Positions 19,566 to 29,699 are shown, numbered from the stretch's first letter. The stretch: 64,000 bases of DNA from Longimicrobiales bacterium (GCA_965249725.1 CBDFMQ010000001.1:160001-224000), one strand, 5' to 3'. Notes: a model not told the origin generated them from the letters alone. Translations and numbers: made by a program.

Positions 19566-20729
19566 TCACCGCGCGCCGGCCGGCTCCATCCGATAGACCG
19601 CAGTCGGCGCACCGTCCCGATCCTCGACCGCCAGATAGATGTATCCGTCCGGTCCCTGACGGACGTCGCGGATGCGGCCCAGGCCGCTGAGCAACGTCTC
19701 CTCGACCGCGACGACCTGGCCGTTCATGGTCAGGCGAGCGAGCTGCTCACCGGCCATGCCTCCCACGAAGATGCTGCCGCGCCATGCAGGGAACTTGTCC
19801 CCCGTATAGGCCATCATGCCGGCGGTCGCGATGGACGGCACCCAGAAGTGGATCGGCGGCTGGATACCGTCGCGGTGTGTCCCCTCATGGATCCTCTCGC
19901 CGCTGCCGTAGTTCACCCCGTAGCCCACTACAGGCCATCCGTAGTTGACTCCCGGACGGATGAGGTTGAGCTCATCGCCTCCTTGCGGGCCGTGCTCGGT
20001 GGCCCAGATGTCCCCGGTCTCCGGGTGGATGATCAGCCCCTGCGGGTTGCGGTGCCCGTAGCTCCAGATCTCCGGGCGGACATTGGCCTCGCCCACGAAC
20101 GGGTTGTCGTCCGGGATGCTGCCGTCGTCGTTGATCCGGTTGATGGTCCCGTGGTTGTTCGATCGATCCTGCGCGGGATGGGCCTCGAGATCGCCCGTGG
20201 ACGGCGCTTGACGGTCTCCGACACTGATGAACAGGTGCCCTTGTCCGTCGAAGGCGAGCCGGGACCCGTAGTGTCCGCGACCTCTCGAAGCAGCCTCGAA
20301 GACTTCCTCCACGTTGCTGAGGCGGTCGTTCTCGAACGTGCCCCGAACCACGGCGGTCGTCGCACTCGAGCCGTCACCGATGGGCTTCGAATAGCTCAGG
20401 TAGAGAAGGTGGTTGGAAGCGAAGTTGGGGTGCGGCATGACATCGAGGAGTCCACCCTGGCCCTGTGCCAAGACCTCGGGCACACCGGCCACCGGCTCGA
20501 AGAGCAAGGTCCCGTTCCGGACGATGCGGAGTCGTCCGGGTCTTTCTGTCACCAGCACGTCGCCGCCGGGGAGAAACGCCATGGACCAGGGGTTCATGAA
20601 TCCATCCGCTACGGTCACGAGTTGAAAGTCGTGGAGAGCGGACCGGTGGACCGGTGACTGGCCGTGTGCGGCTGTCGAGGCCGACAGGAAAAGACCGGCA
20701 GAGACGAATGCCAACGTGATACGGGACAT
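19566..20729 (-). CDS. PQQ-dependent soluble aldose sugar dehydrogenase (YliI/Asd family)
   Basis: PWSMAFLP, GQGGLLDV, HYGSRL, SYGHRNPQG, EHGPQGGDELN and GRIRDVRQGPDG motifs. Confidence 0.92.
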   Translation of the reverse strand: MSRITLAFVSAGLFLSASTAAHGQSPVHRSALHDFQLVTVADGFMNPWSMAFLPGGDVLVTERPGRLRIVRNGTLLFEPVAGVPEVLAQGQGGLLDVMPHPNFASNHLLYLSYSKPIGDGSSATTAVVRGTFENDRLSNVEEVFEAASRGRGHYGSRLAFDGQGHLFISVGDRQAPSTGDLEAHPAQDRSNNHGTINRINDDGSIPDDNPFVGEANVRPEIWSYGHRNPQGLIIHPETGDIWATEHGPQGGDELNLIRPGVNYGWPVVGYGVNYGSGERIHEGTHRDGIQPPIHFWVPSIATAGMMAYTGDKFPAWRGSIFVGGMAGEQLARLTMNGQVVAVEETLLSGLGRIRDVRQGPDGYIYLAVEDRDGAPTAVYRMEPAGAR

Positions 20730-20939
20730 CTGAATTCTCCTGATTCAACTGAGGTTCCGGGCGAGTCGCTACATGTCATCTACTCGGATTCTCGTCGCCA
20801 CGAAAGTCCCGGGAAGTCGAGAGTGCATCGGTGATCGCCCCCAAAAGGGGAGTTTCCCCTACAGAATCCACCGCGAACGCCACGTAGCTTCCCTATATCT
20901 AGGTTTGTGGCTGAACACGATACCGAGCCGGGGCCCCGA

Positions 20940-21089
20940 CAGCACCCTGGGAGCATGACCCACGCAGATGTGCCCAAGGACGATCAGGTGGCGATGGGAA
21001 TCACTCCGTCCATGGTCCGCCTATCCGTGGGGATCGAACACCCGGAAGACCTCATCGCGGACCTCGAGCAAGCGCTCGATAAGGTCTGA
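20940..21089 (+). pseudogene. C-terminal remnant of a Cys/Met metabolism PLP enzyme (MetB/methionine gamma-lyase family)
   Basis: HPGSMTH...[27 protein letters not shown] is the family C-terminus; no upstream gene body. Confidence 0.85.
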
Positions 21090-21188
21090 GCCCGCCTCCC
21101 GGCGGCTTGCGTAGCGAACCGGGGTGCACAACGATGCCGAGTCAGGAACACCGGTTGCGTCCCGGCTCGAATTGATGAGGGATCCCCA

Positions 21189-22316
21189 ATGCTGAATCAT
21201 CCACAGTTCTCTCCGGCCTATCTGGGTCGTCTCCTACTGGTTGTACTCTCAGCCGCGGTACTCCTGGGCCCGACCTCTCTCGCAGGTCAGGATCGGGGCG
21301 CCGGACAGCAGGCCCGTCCTGACGATCGAAGAGTGAATCGAGTACTCGGGGGCGTCGAGATGACGGCCGCCGACAGCGCGGTCCAAGCGGTGGTCGCACG
21401 GCTCGACTTCGACAGCTACAAGGAGATCCTTCGGGGTCTGACCGAGTTCGGCGACCGAGAGCAGGGAACCGAGCGGAACCGTCGAGCCATAGATTGGATC
21501 GAAGCGCAACTCCGGGGTTGGGGATACGAGACTGAGCGTATCCACTACCAGTTCACACCTCGGGGAAGCACCGAAGCCGAGCCGCGCGAGGAGGTCTACG
21601 CCACCAAGGTCGGTAGTGACGTGCCCGGCGAGATGTACATCATCGGTGGTCACATGGACGGGCGCGGAGGTGGTGAGGCGGCCAACGACGACGGATCCGG
21701 AACCGCCCTCGTCATGGAGATCGCGCGTGCGCTGGCCGACGTGAGGACCGCACGGTCGGTCCGCTTCGCGCTCTGGAACAACGAAGAGACGGGGCTGAAC
21801 GGGGCCAGAGCGTATGTCGAACAGCGCGCTCCGCTCCAGGGCACCGAGGAGCCGGCGGGCTCCGGTCTGTATCCCGAGCCGAAGTGGCTCGGCATGATCC
21901 AGCACGACATGATGCTGTGGGATCACGGCAACCCGGTGACCTTCAACCAGGCGTTGGACGCCGACGTGGATATCGAGTTTCAGCTCGCCTCGGAGAAGGC
22001 GGGCGACTCCGCCGCTCTCGCGCTGAAGCTCCTGAACGCCAACCGGATGTTCGCAACCGACTATCCGGCGGTCATGAGTAACGCGATGAGCAATACCGAT
22101 TCGGGGCCGTTCCAGGACTTGGTCGCGGCCGTCAGCCTTCGAGAGAACCGGCGCTTGTACGAGACAGGCAATCGGGCCAACCCCCACTGGCACCAGCCCA
22201 CCGATCTCTTCGTGACCTTCTCGGACGCCGATTTCCGCCTCGGCTTCAATGCGGCTCAGACCACACTTGGGGCGGTGGCGCGACTGGTCGAGGCACGGGT
22301 AGTGGACGGCCGCTAG
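21189..22316 (+). CDS. Secreted M28 family metallopeptidase
   Basis: GGHMD, AANDDGSG, NNEETGL, QHDM and HWHQ metal-ligand motifs; signal peptide. Confidence 0.88.
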   Translation: MLNHPQFSPAYLGRLLLVVLSAAVLLGPTSLAGQDRGAGQQARPDDRRVNRVLGGVEMTAADSAVQAVVARLDFDSYKEILRGLTEFGDREQGTERNRRAIDWIEAQLRGWGYETERIHYQFTPRGSTEAEPREEVYATKVGSDVPGEMYIIGGHMDGRGGGEAANDDGSGTALVMEIARALADVRTARSVRFALWNNEETGLNGARAYVEQRAPLQGTEEPAGSGLYPEPKWLGMIQHDMMLWDHGNPVTFNQALDADVDIEFQLASEKAGDSAALALKLLNANRMFATDYPAVMSNAMSNTDSGPFQDLVAAVSLRENRRLYETGNRANPHWHQPTDLFVTFSDADFRLGFNAAQTTLGAVARLVEARVVDGR

Positions 22317-22346
22317 CCCGGGCCTCACAACCCGGAGGGTGAGCCA

Positions 22347-22895
22347 ATGGAAGACGACCGTGGGCCGGATTCCGGGTCTGGAGAGTCCGACTTTACTCTC
22401 GAGACCGATCGTCTGTCCCTGGCGCCGCTGACGAGCGAGGAGCAGACACCTCTTCACGCCCTTTTCACGGACCCTGACGTGCGCCGGTACCTGTTGGACG
22501 ACCAGATCGTGCCCGAGGAGTGGGTGGGCGGCGAGATCGAGCGGAGTTATGCCCTCTTCGCCGAGCTCGGCTGCGGTCTGTGGTCGATCCGTCGGAGGTC
22601 CGACGCGGAGATCGTCGGATTCGTCGGATTCCGGCACTTCTTCGAACCGCCCGAACTCCAACTCGTCTACGGTCTCCATCCTGCCTGCTGGGGTGCCGGA
22701 CTCGCAACCGAGGCGGCCCGTGCCGTTCTCCGGTACGTGTTCGGACGTCTCGGCTTCGAACGGGTCGTCGCGGCGACGGACATACCCAATGAGGCCTCTG
22801 TCCGTGTGATGAATAGACTCGGCATGGTGAAGGACAAGGAGACCGACGATGGCGAGGCCGGCACCGTCTTCTATACGTTGGACCATATGATCTAG
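22347..22895 (+). CDS. GNAT acetyltransferase (RimJ/RimL family)
   Basis: LETDRL, WGAGLATEAA and NEASVRVMNRLGM motifs. Confidence 0.88.
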   Translation: MEDDRGPDSGSGESDFTLETDRLSLAPLTSEEQTPLHALFTDPDVRRYLLDDQIVPEEWVGGEIERSYALFAELGCGLWSIRRRSDAEIVGFVGFRHFFEPPELQLVYGLHPACWGAGLATEAARAVLRYVFGRLGFERVVAATDIPNEASVRVMNRLGMVKDKETDDGEAGTVFYTLDHMI

Positions 22896-22943
22896 ATCGG
22901 AACGAGGCGCGGTCGGGCCCGGAATCCGGAGGGGAGGCGCAGT

Positions 22944-23357
22944 TTGAGGCGAGTCATCGTTGGGGCGTCGATCCTCGTGGGTGTGGCAGTGGTGTTCTTG
23001 CCGAGAGTGTCGGACGACGCCGAGGTGTCATCGGGGGGAGAGGTCGAGGACCGGCGTGCATCAGGCGACATCGATCGGCCGGACATCCGCCTCGACGCTG
23101 ACAACATCCCTCCGGATTTGCGCGACCTGATCCCGTTTGCCGAGGAGTGGGGGATCGGTGACGACGTCATTCGGTCCGACGTCGAGGAGGCCGCCTCTGA
23201 CGAGGAGAAACGGCGATTCAGCCAGGCTCTCAGGGGTCGCACCGACAGGGTCACGGAGTGGCTCGACTCCTTTGGTATGGAACTCATGTCGGACGAGGCG
23301 GCCGCGTTCATGTACATGCTGTCTGCTCTGGACGAGATGGGAGTCTGGCCCGACTGA
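22944..23357 (+). CDS. Hypothetical exported/anchored acidic protein
   Basis: TTG start behind GGAGG; hydrophobic N-terminus; acidic helical domain. Confidence 0.6.
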   Translation: MRRVIVGASILVGVAVVFLPRVSDDAEVSSGGEVEDRRASGDIDRPDIRLDADNIPPDLRDLIPFAEEWGIGDDVIRSDVEEAASDEEKRRFSQALRGRTDRVTEWLDSFGMELMSDEAAAFMYMLSALDEMGVWPD

Positions 23358-23589
23358 TGACGACCCTACAGGGTGGACCGGCGGTTCATCCTCCGCACCC
23401 TGCGCGAGGCGGCCGAGCCCGCGGGATTCCGCGAGTCGAAGATGGACAGCTAGGCACGACAGCGCCGAGGGCGCTCGTACTTTTTTGCATCGTGAGGGCC
23501 ACCCCGGTTGCATATTGTTAGTACGGGTGAGTGGTGTTCAAAGGCGAAAACATGAGGCGCGTACGAAATTGGGTTCGGAATCAACTCTG

Positions 23590-24036
23590 ATGTCCATCTT
23601 GGGCGACCTTTGGGCTTGTCCCGAGTGCGGGGCCAAGTTCGTTACCAAAGACCAGTGGCATTCCTGTGGGGAAGCGACCCTGGGACACTGGGTGGACGAT
23701 CTGGGCCCTCGTGGGACGGCCCTGTACAACCAGTTCGAGCAGATGATCGCCGCCTGCGGGGAGTACCATGTTGCTCCCGCCAAGACTCGCATCGCCTTCA
23801 TGGGACGTGTCCGCTTCGCGACCATCACCCGCATTTCCGAACGAGGGATGACCTGGTCGTTCGCCCTGCCTTACGCCATCGAGTCTCCACGCATCGATCG
23901 AGTCGAAGAGGTGGTAGCGGGTTGGTACGTCCACTGGGTCCGGGTCGTCGACGCCACTCAGCTCGATGCCGAGGTCCAGAAGTGGATCGACAAGAGCTAT
24001 CGGCTCATGGGCATGCAGGAACGTCTGGACTTGTAG
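23590..24036 (+). CDS. DUF5655-like protein with N-terminal CxxC...HxC motif
   Basis: WACPECGAKF...WHSC, PAKTRIAF and LDAEVQKWIDKSY. Confidence 0.7.
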   Translation: MSILGDLWACPECGAKFVTKDQWHSCGEATLGHWVDDLGPRGTALYNQFEQMIAACGEYHVAPAKTRIAFMGRVRFATITRISERGMTWSFALPYAIESPRIDRVEEVVAGWYVHWVRVVDATQLDAEVQKWIDKSYRLMGMQERLDL

Positions 24037-24101
24037 AGTCGCTGGCAGACACTCGTGGAGTCGCGGCCGACGCCACGGGGAGTGTCCTCGGAGGAACCAA
24101 G

Positions 24102-24881
24102 ATGGACGACAAGCGCCTCATGCTCCGTCATCTTCTCGCGTCGCTCGCCTATCGCACCCAAAAGGCGCTCCGCGAAGCACCACCCGAGTTCGCTCACTTC
24201 TCCGCCGGCAACCAGGTGCGATCTCCCATAGATCTCCTACGGCACATGACCGGGGTGCTCGGCGACGCCCGGGCCAAGTACCGCGGCGGGACGTACCGGC
24301 CCGAGCCCCTCGAGGACTTCTCGCAGGAGATCGAGCGTTTCCACACGATGTTGGAGGATCTCTCGGATCATCTCCTGCGGGGTGAGCCCCTCGTGGATTC
24401 AACCCCGGAACGGCTTCTTCAGGGGCCGCTGTCCGACGCCATGACCCATGTGGGACAGTTGGCGATGCTACGGCCTCTAGCCTTGATGGACTCACTGCGC
24501 GGCGTGGGAGTCGTGGCACGCTCCTTGGCCTTGATCTCGACTCCCGTCTTCCTGCTGTCCTGTGCTGGAGGCGAAGCGGACACGGGGTTGGGCCCGGCCA
24601 CCTCGCTCACCATCAGCCTGTCTCCCACGACGGTTACCGTAGGGGTGGGTGAGTCGTTTGCGATCACCCCAACCGTTCGGGACGGGACCGGTCGCGTGGT
24701 GTCAGGTCGGCCGACCGCGTGGACCTCGAGCGACGCGTCCGTGGCTACCGTGGGCGATTCTGGTACGGTCCACGGCCAAGCCCCGGGCCAGACGACGATC
24801 ACGGCGACGGTCACGGTCAACGGAACGCCCAGCTCTGCCACTGCGACCGTCACCGTGGTCCAGGGAGCGACGTCCGAGTAG
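24102..24881 (+). CDS. Apparent in-frame chimera: DinB-like four-helix protein (24102 to about 24473) joined to an Ig-like (Big_2) lipoprotein (from ATG 24486)
   Basis: LRHLLASLAYR...RHM...DAMTHVGQLAMLR, then an internal signal peptide with lipobox LLSC and the WTSSDASVATV Ig motif. Confidence 0.6.
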   Translation: MDDKRLMLRHLLASLAYRTQKALREAPPEFAHFSAGNQVRSPIDLLRHMTGVLGDARAKYRGGTYRPEPLEDFSQEIERFHTMLEDLSDHLLRGEPLVDSTPERLLQGPLSDAMTHVGQLAMLRPLALMDSLRGVGVVARSLALISTPVFLLSCAGGEADTGLGPATSLTISLSPTTVTVGVGESFAITPTVRDGTGRVVSGRPTAWTSSDASVATVGDSGTVHGQAPGQTTITATVTVNGTPSSATATVTVVQGATSE

Positions 24882-24886
24882 GAGGG

Positions 24887-25564
24887 CTACCCGTTCGCTT
24901 CCTTCCGTGCCCACATCTTGTCGATGTAGGGTACGGCGGCCGGCGTGGTGCAGTTCGTCTCCCCGTGGTCGACCTCGATGGTACCGATTCGGTTCGCGGC
25001 GGCCGTGGCTCTCTGACGTAAGGTGGCGTTCCGCGCCCCGATGCTGATGATCGCCCCGTTCATCGAGTGGCGGACCCGATTGGCTCGGTCGTGGATGTCG
25101 GCTTCGATCGCCTTCAATTGATCTATGAAGAAGGCGTTGTTGAGGTCTTCCACCTGCCCGGCCAGGTAGGAGAGGAGGCCCCACCCAATCTGTCCCACGA
25201 ACTCCGACTTCGAGCGAGACCATCTTTCGAACTTCTTGAATGCGAAGGGTGTTCGGGCGACCAGATCTCTGAGCGCGTCTGCCAGGACATAGGAGTCCAC
25301 GTCCCTTACCCAGGCGTCGAGGGTCCCCGACTTGGCCTGACCGGGGTCGGCCACCATGGTCGCGAGTACGCGTGCATCGTGGTTACGCGAGGCCCAGAGT
25401 TGTTCAGCGAGTGCCTGATCCGTGCCGATTTGCTTCTTGAGCTTGTTGAGGTTGGCGTAGCTGACGCCATACATCTTCTTCCCGACGCCGTGTCGAGCGT
25501 AGACCTTGCGGTTCTGCTCGGTGCCCATCGTTCTCAGCCCTGCCATGATCACGCGGAACGACAT
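24887..25564 (-). CDS. DNA alkylation repair protein (AlkD-like HEAT-repeat family)
   Basis: YGVS...L...IGTDQALAEQLWAS.NHDARVLA and IEVDHGETNCTTP motifs; GGAGG RBS before ATG 25564. Confidence 0.82.
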   Translation of the reverse strand: MSFRVIMAGLRTMGTEQNRKVYARHGVGKKMYGVSYANLNKLKKQIGTDQALAEQLWASRNHDARVLATMVADPGQAKSGTLDAWVRDVDSYVLADALRDLVARTPFAFKKFERWSRSKSEFVGQIGWGLLSYLAGQVEDLNNAFFIDQLKAIEADIHDRANRVRHSMNGAIISIGARNATLRQRATAAANRIGTIEVDHGETNCTTPAAVPYIDKMWARKEANG

Positions 25565-25756
25565 CGATCCCTCCTGATCGGCCCGGTTTGGCCCATTGAT
25601 ACCGAAGCGGCCGTCCGAGGTTGAAGACCTACGGATGATGGCCTTGATGGGAAGGATAGCCACCCGGCAGCCCAAGAGCAGCCCCGACCCGCCGATCCGG
25701 GCTCGCGATCCCGAACTGATTGACACCACCTCGACCCCGTGCGTACGCTCTCGCCA

Positions 25757-26067
25757 TGACAGACCACCGCACCGAGATCGTCAAGCGGGTCATGCGCTCC
25801 CTCGAAGAGACCACCGACCCCGAAGAGTTGGTTGCGGCGTACTTCGATGCCGAGCGGGACATCGTCGTGCAGGCGACCCAGCAGACGCTCGAGGCCACGG
25901 GTGAGTCGGTCTCGCAGGCTGTGATCGCCGAGCGAGTCGAGACGGAGCTCTCTCCGAGCTCGCGGCGGCGTTCGCCGGACCGGGACCCGAGCCTCTGGAG
26001 CCGGACGAACACACGGTCGTCTCACTACTCTTCCGTGACGCCGAGGGGAAGGTCTCCCGCCGCGTGA
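25757..26067 (+). CDS. Hypothetical protein, possibly a remnant or frameshifted near 25950
   Basis: Helical acidic N-terminal part (MTDHRTEIVKRVM...); low-complexity tail. Confidence 0.35.
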
Positions 26068-26115
26068 CCCGGCGACGCTCCGGTACGGTACGTGGCCGAG
26101 ATCGATAGTGTAGTG

Positions 26116-27084
26116 ATGCCGAGTGAACTACGCGTTTCCGGGATTCACCATGTGACGGCCATCTCGGGGCCGGCCCAGGCCAACCTCGACTTCTATGCAG
26201 GAGTGCTGGGCCTCAGACTCGTGAAGCGCACCGTCAACTTCGATGACCCTGATACGTACCACCTCTACTACGGTGATCGCGTCGGCACACCGGGAACGAT
26301 CATGACGTTCTTTCCCTGGGAGCGAGCGGCTCCGGGCTGGCGGGGTTCGGGATTCACCGATGCCACCTCCTTCAGTGTCCCGGAGGGGTCGGCCGACTTC
26401 TGGGTGGCCCGCCTCGAGGCTACGGGGATCGACGAGGTCGGGAGGGACGCGCGCTTCGGCGAAGAAGTCATCCAAGTAGCGGATGGTGACGGGTTGGCGC
26501 TGGAGTTGGTGGCCGGACCCGGCACGGTGGAGACGCCGGCTGGACCGTCGCCGTATCCCGCCGTTCCCTCCGAGCATGCCATCCGGTCTTGCCACGGAGT
26601 CGTGCTCGACGTGGCCGATCCGCAGGCAACCGGGCGCTTCCTCACCGATGTGCTGGGCTATGAGCCGCTGGGCGAGGACGGCGGTCGGCTTCGCTTTCGA
26701 GCGACGGCAGCGGGGGTCGGTGCGGTGGTAGATCTCCTGGTGACCGGGTCGGCTCGAGACGGACGCATGGGGAGGGGGAGCGTACATCACGTCGCGTTTC
26801 GGGCCAGGGACGACGACGAGCAACTGGCGTGGCGGGAGGCGATCGCCACGGCGGGGGTTCCCGTTACGACCGTGCAGGACCGGCACTACTTCCGGTCGAT
26901 CTACTTTCATGAGCCGGGGGGCGTGCTCTTCGAAATCGCGACCGATGCTCCCGGCTTCACCGTCGATGAGACGGAAGAGGCGCTCGGCACCGTGCTCAAG
27001 CTCCCGGATTGGCTCGAGGCCCGACGGGCGGAGCTGGCGGGCTTGTTGGCGCCCTTGACCGTCCCTGACGGGGCGGCGGAATGA
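26116..27084 (+). CDS. Ring-cleaving extradiol dioxygenase (MhqO/MhqA-like VOC family)
   Basis: GIHHVTAI, KRTVNFDDPDTYHLYYG, VHHVAFR and DRHYFRSIYFHEPGGVLFEIATD motifs. Confidence 0.92.
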   Translation: MPSELRVSGIHHVTAISGPAQANLDFYAGVLGLRLVKRTVNFDDPDTYHLYYGDRVGTPGTIMTFFPWERAAPGWRGSGFTDATSFSVPEGSADFWVARLEATGIDEVGRDARFGEEVIQVADGDGLALELVAGPGTVETPAGPSPYPAVPSEHAIRSCHGVVLDVADPQATGRFLTDVLGYEPLGEDGGRLRFRATAAGVGAVVDLLVTGSARDGRMGRGSVHHVAFRARDDDEQLAWREAIATAGVPVTTVQDRHYFRSIYFHEPGGVLFEIATDAPGFTVDETEEALGTVLKLPDWLEARRAELAGLLAPLTVPDGAAE

Positions 27085-27743
27085 ACGGCCCGGACCCCGC
27101 GAATCCGCATCGAGACACACCGTCGGTGCGCTTCGGTCCTGAGCTGGAGGACGCCCAGGGGGCAGTGGTCCTGGTTCATGGCCGAGGCGATAGCCCCCGG
27201 GGCATTCTCACTCTCGCGTATGAGCTCGAGGCGCCCGGAGTGACATTCATCGCACCGCAGGCCGCGGGTTTCTCATGGTATCCGCACAGCTTTCTGGCTC
27301 CGACGGATGCCAACGAGCCGTGGCTTACGTCGGCACTCCAGCGAGTGGACGCCGCCCACCGCGAGGCGATGTCGACGGGACTGCCACCCGAAAAGACCGT
27401 GGTGATGCGATTCTCTCAGGGGGCTTGCTTGTCCCTTGAATTTGCCGCCCGCAATGCAGGTCGCTACGGAGGCGTCGTGGCCTTCTCCGGCGGGCTCGTC
27501 GGTCCGGAGGGTACCGTCTTCAACCACGAGGGTTCGCTGCGTGACACACCTGTGTTCTTAGGCTGTAGCGACGTTGATCCTCACATCCCCCGAGCTCGGG
27601 TGGATGAGTCCGCGACAGTGATGGATGCGCTCGGAGGGGCGGTGGAGGAGCGCATCTATCCTGGCATGGGGCACACCGTGAACACAGACGAGCTCGCGTG
27701 GGCCCGGAAGCTCCTGCTCGATCTCTCTGCGGGAAGCGACTAG
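27081..27743 (+). CDS. Phospholipase/carboxylesterase (MhqD-like alpha/beta hydrolase)
   Basis: HGRG, FSQG, DPHIP and GMGH motifs; ATGA overlap with the dioxygenase. Confidence 0.88.
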   Translation: MNGPDPANPHRDTPSVRFGPELEDAQGAVVLVHGRGDSPRGILTLAYELEAPGVTFIAPQAAGFSWYPHSFLAPTDANEPWLTSALQRVDAAHREAMSTGLPPEKTVVMRFSQGACLSLEFAARNAGRYGGVVAFSGGLVGPEGTVFNHEGSLRDTPVFLGCSDVDPHIPRARVDESATVMDALGGAVEERIYPGMGHTVNTDELAWARKLLLDLSAGSD

Positions 27744-27790
27744 ACCACACCGGGCGTTACGGCCGAATGTGGTAGCCTGCCCGCCGAGGT

Positions 27791-28384
27791 TCAGCCCGCG
27801 GCCAGGTCGCTCCGGAATCGATGTGCCGCACGCTCCAGTGACACCTGTAGGTAGAGGGCTTCCTCCGCCGGGCTTCGGCTGATCGGGCCCTCGCCGCCCG
27901 GTTCGACCCGCAGCGAGACCAGCACTGGACCTGAGGTCGTCATGATCCCCGGCAGCGCGGCTTCGTATGCGCCGGCGTCATCGTAGAAGAAGGCCTCGGG
28001 GAACCCTGCTGCTCGGGCCAAGGCTGCGTAGTCCACACCGCCACGGCCCGGCACCGATTGGTTTCCCGTGATCTCGTACGTCCCGTTGTCGATCACGAAA
28101 AGCACCAGGTTCGTCGCCTCGGCCGCCGCCGCCGTCACGAGCGTGCCGAGTGTCATGAGCATGCTCCCGTCTCCGTTCAGGCAGAGTACCCGACGGTCCG
28201 GCCGAGCGATGGCGATGCCCAGGGCGAGGTCGGCCGCGTGTCCCATCGCGCTGTCGGCCGAGGCGAAGTCCAGTGCGTGACTCGGCAGGCGCCCCCACGG
28301 TCGTACGACGCTCATGGTGGTCACCACGACCTCGTCGGTGCGCAACCGGGCGAGCGGAGCCAGCACCTCACCGGTGGTCAGCAC
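27791..28384 (-). CDS. ThDP-dependent decarboxylase beta subunit (ComE/phosphonopyruvate decarboxylase-like)
   Basis: ThDP motif GDGSMLM...DNGTYEITG; AMG. Confidence 0.85.
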   Translation of the reverse strand: MLTTGEVLAPLARLRTDEVVVTTMSVVRPWGRLPSHALDFASADSAMGHAADLALGIAIARPDRRVLCLNGDGSMLMTLGTLVTAAAAEATNLVLFVIDNGTYEITGNQSVPGRGGVDYAALARAAGFPEAFFYDDAGAYEAALPGIMTTSGPVLVSLRVEPGGEGPISRSPAEEALYLQVSLERAAHRFRSDLAAG

Positions 28385-28923
28385 TATTCGAGCCTTTCCC
28401 TGAGCAGGGCGACGACCGGCCTCGACTCTCGTCGAGCCTCGGACCAGAGACCGATCACGCCTTCGACATCATCGTCGGAAGTCATGACCCGGCTGGGTAT
28501 CCCCCAGGTGCGGAGGGTCGGCTCTGTGAGGAGCGGGGTCGAGTCCACGTCGGGCCGGACGAGCGCGGCACGGTCCGGGGGATCGTACGCCGGACTCAAA
28601 CCTGCCTCGGTCATCTTTCGGTATCCGCGATAGGTCACCAGACACAGTACGGGGGCCCCCATGCGAGACACTGTCCCTCGCAGGCTGTCGCCGCTCTCGA
28701 GAAGACCCGTGTTCTGCACGACGACAACGGGCTCACGACCACCCATCCACAGACCGGCAGCCAAGGCGAAGGCCTCGCCCTCTCTGGTTACCGGCACGTA
28801 GCGCGTGTCTGGGCTGGTCTCCGCCGCGTCGACGAGGGCGGAGGAGATGGTATCGGGAAGCCCCACGAGGTGGGTCATGCCGTGTCCGACGAGGGCCTGC
28901 AGCAGATGTGAGGCAGAGGGCAT
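28384..28923 (-). CDS. ThDP-dependent decarboxylase alpha subunit (ComD-like)
   Basis: GLPD, VTREGEAFALAAG, QNTG and YRG motifs. Confidence 0.85.
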   Translation of the reverse strand: MPSASHLLQALVGHGMTHLVGLPDTISSALVDAAETSPDTRYVPVTREGEAFALAAGLWMGGREPVVVVQNTGLLESGDSLRGTVSRMGAPVLCLVTYRGYRKMTEAGLSPAYDPPDRAALVRPDVDSTPLLTEPTLRTWGIPSRVMTSDDDVEGVIGLWSEARRESRPVVALLRERLE

Positions 28924-29046
28924 GGTCGACCATCATGGATGGTAATTCCTGGGGAAGCCTGATGCGTGATGTACCATCCGGCCGTCGTTGGTTCAAGCGG
29001 CAGGCCGATCACCAGAGAATGAATGCCTTGTCTTGGTCCTTAAGTG

Positions 29047-29060
29047 TTGACTAATGTTAA
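29047..29060. promoter_or_regulatory. FNR/Anr-like box TTGAC-taat-GTTAA
   Basis: Near-palindrome resembling TTGAT-N4-ATCAA, in an AT-rich patch upstream of the response regulator and arc genes. Confidence 0.45.
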
Positions 29061-29107
29061 AGTTACGCTGATGCCCCAGGATCACACGCCCTTTGGGGGA
29101 AGTTTCC

Positions 29108-29554
29108 ATGGACCAGACGACCATTCTTGTCGTCGAAGACAACGAAGATCACGCCGCGTTGATCAAGGCGGTCTTCGCTCGCGGGTATCAGCAGGCGCGT
29201 GTGCATGTTGCCGTCCGGGGCGAAGGTGCGAAACGCTACCTACGCGGCGAGTGGCCCTCGTACGAGGACGACGAAGAGTACTGCCCGTTGCCGACCCTCA
29301 TGGTCCTGGACCTTTGGCTGCCCGACATGACCGGTCTCGACATTCTTGAGTGGATGCGTGATCACGAGCAGCTCAGCAAGATTCCGGTCATCATGTTCAC
29401 GGCCTCGACCAACCCGGAGCACGCCCGCAGAGCTCTTGCGCTGGGCGTGCGTCGCTGCCTCCAGAAGCCGGCCCACTTCGGCGACCTGGTGGAGGCGGTC
29501 AAGCAGGAGATCGCGGAGTTGGGCGAGAAGCGGACCAACACGGCCACCGGCTGA
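29108..29554 (+). CDS. Single-domain response regulator
   Basis: ILVVEDN, LDLWLPDMTG, FTAS and KP receiver motifs; no output domain. Confidence 0.9.
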   Translation: MDQTTILVVEDNEDHAALIKAVFARGYQQARVHVAVRGEGAKRYLRGEWPSYEDDEEYCPLPTLMVLDLWLPDMTGLDILEWMRDHEQLSKIPVIMFTASTNPEHARRALALGVRRCLQKPAHFGDLVEAVKQEIAELGEKRTNTATG

Positions 29555-29699
29555 CCCGATCCGGCTGGAGCGGACGGATGCGCCGCTCCACGCTCCAGTA
29601 GGTCTGTTCGCGTTGCGCCCCCCTCATACCCCCCGTAGCCTGCCTCCTAGTCTCTCCTCCTCGGATGGCAGGACGCTTCGCCATGACGCCGACCCGCCC

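Noticed and set aside
20846..20860. Palindrome AGGGGA-GTT-TCCCCT upstream of the PQQ dehydrogenase
   Set aside because: Single short occurrence with no cognate regulator nearby; cannot be separated from chance.
25940..26109. Frameshift at the CTCTCTCC run of the 25757 ORF
   Set aside because: Two frames look equally plausible downstream and I recognise no homolog to decide between them.
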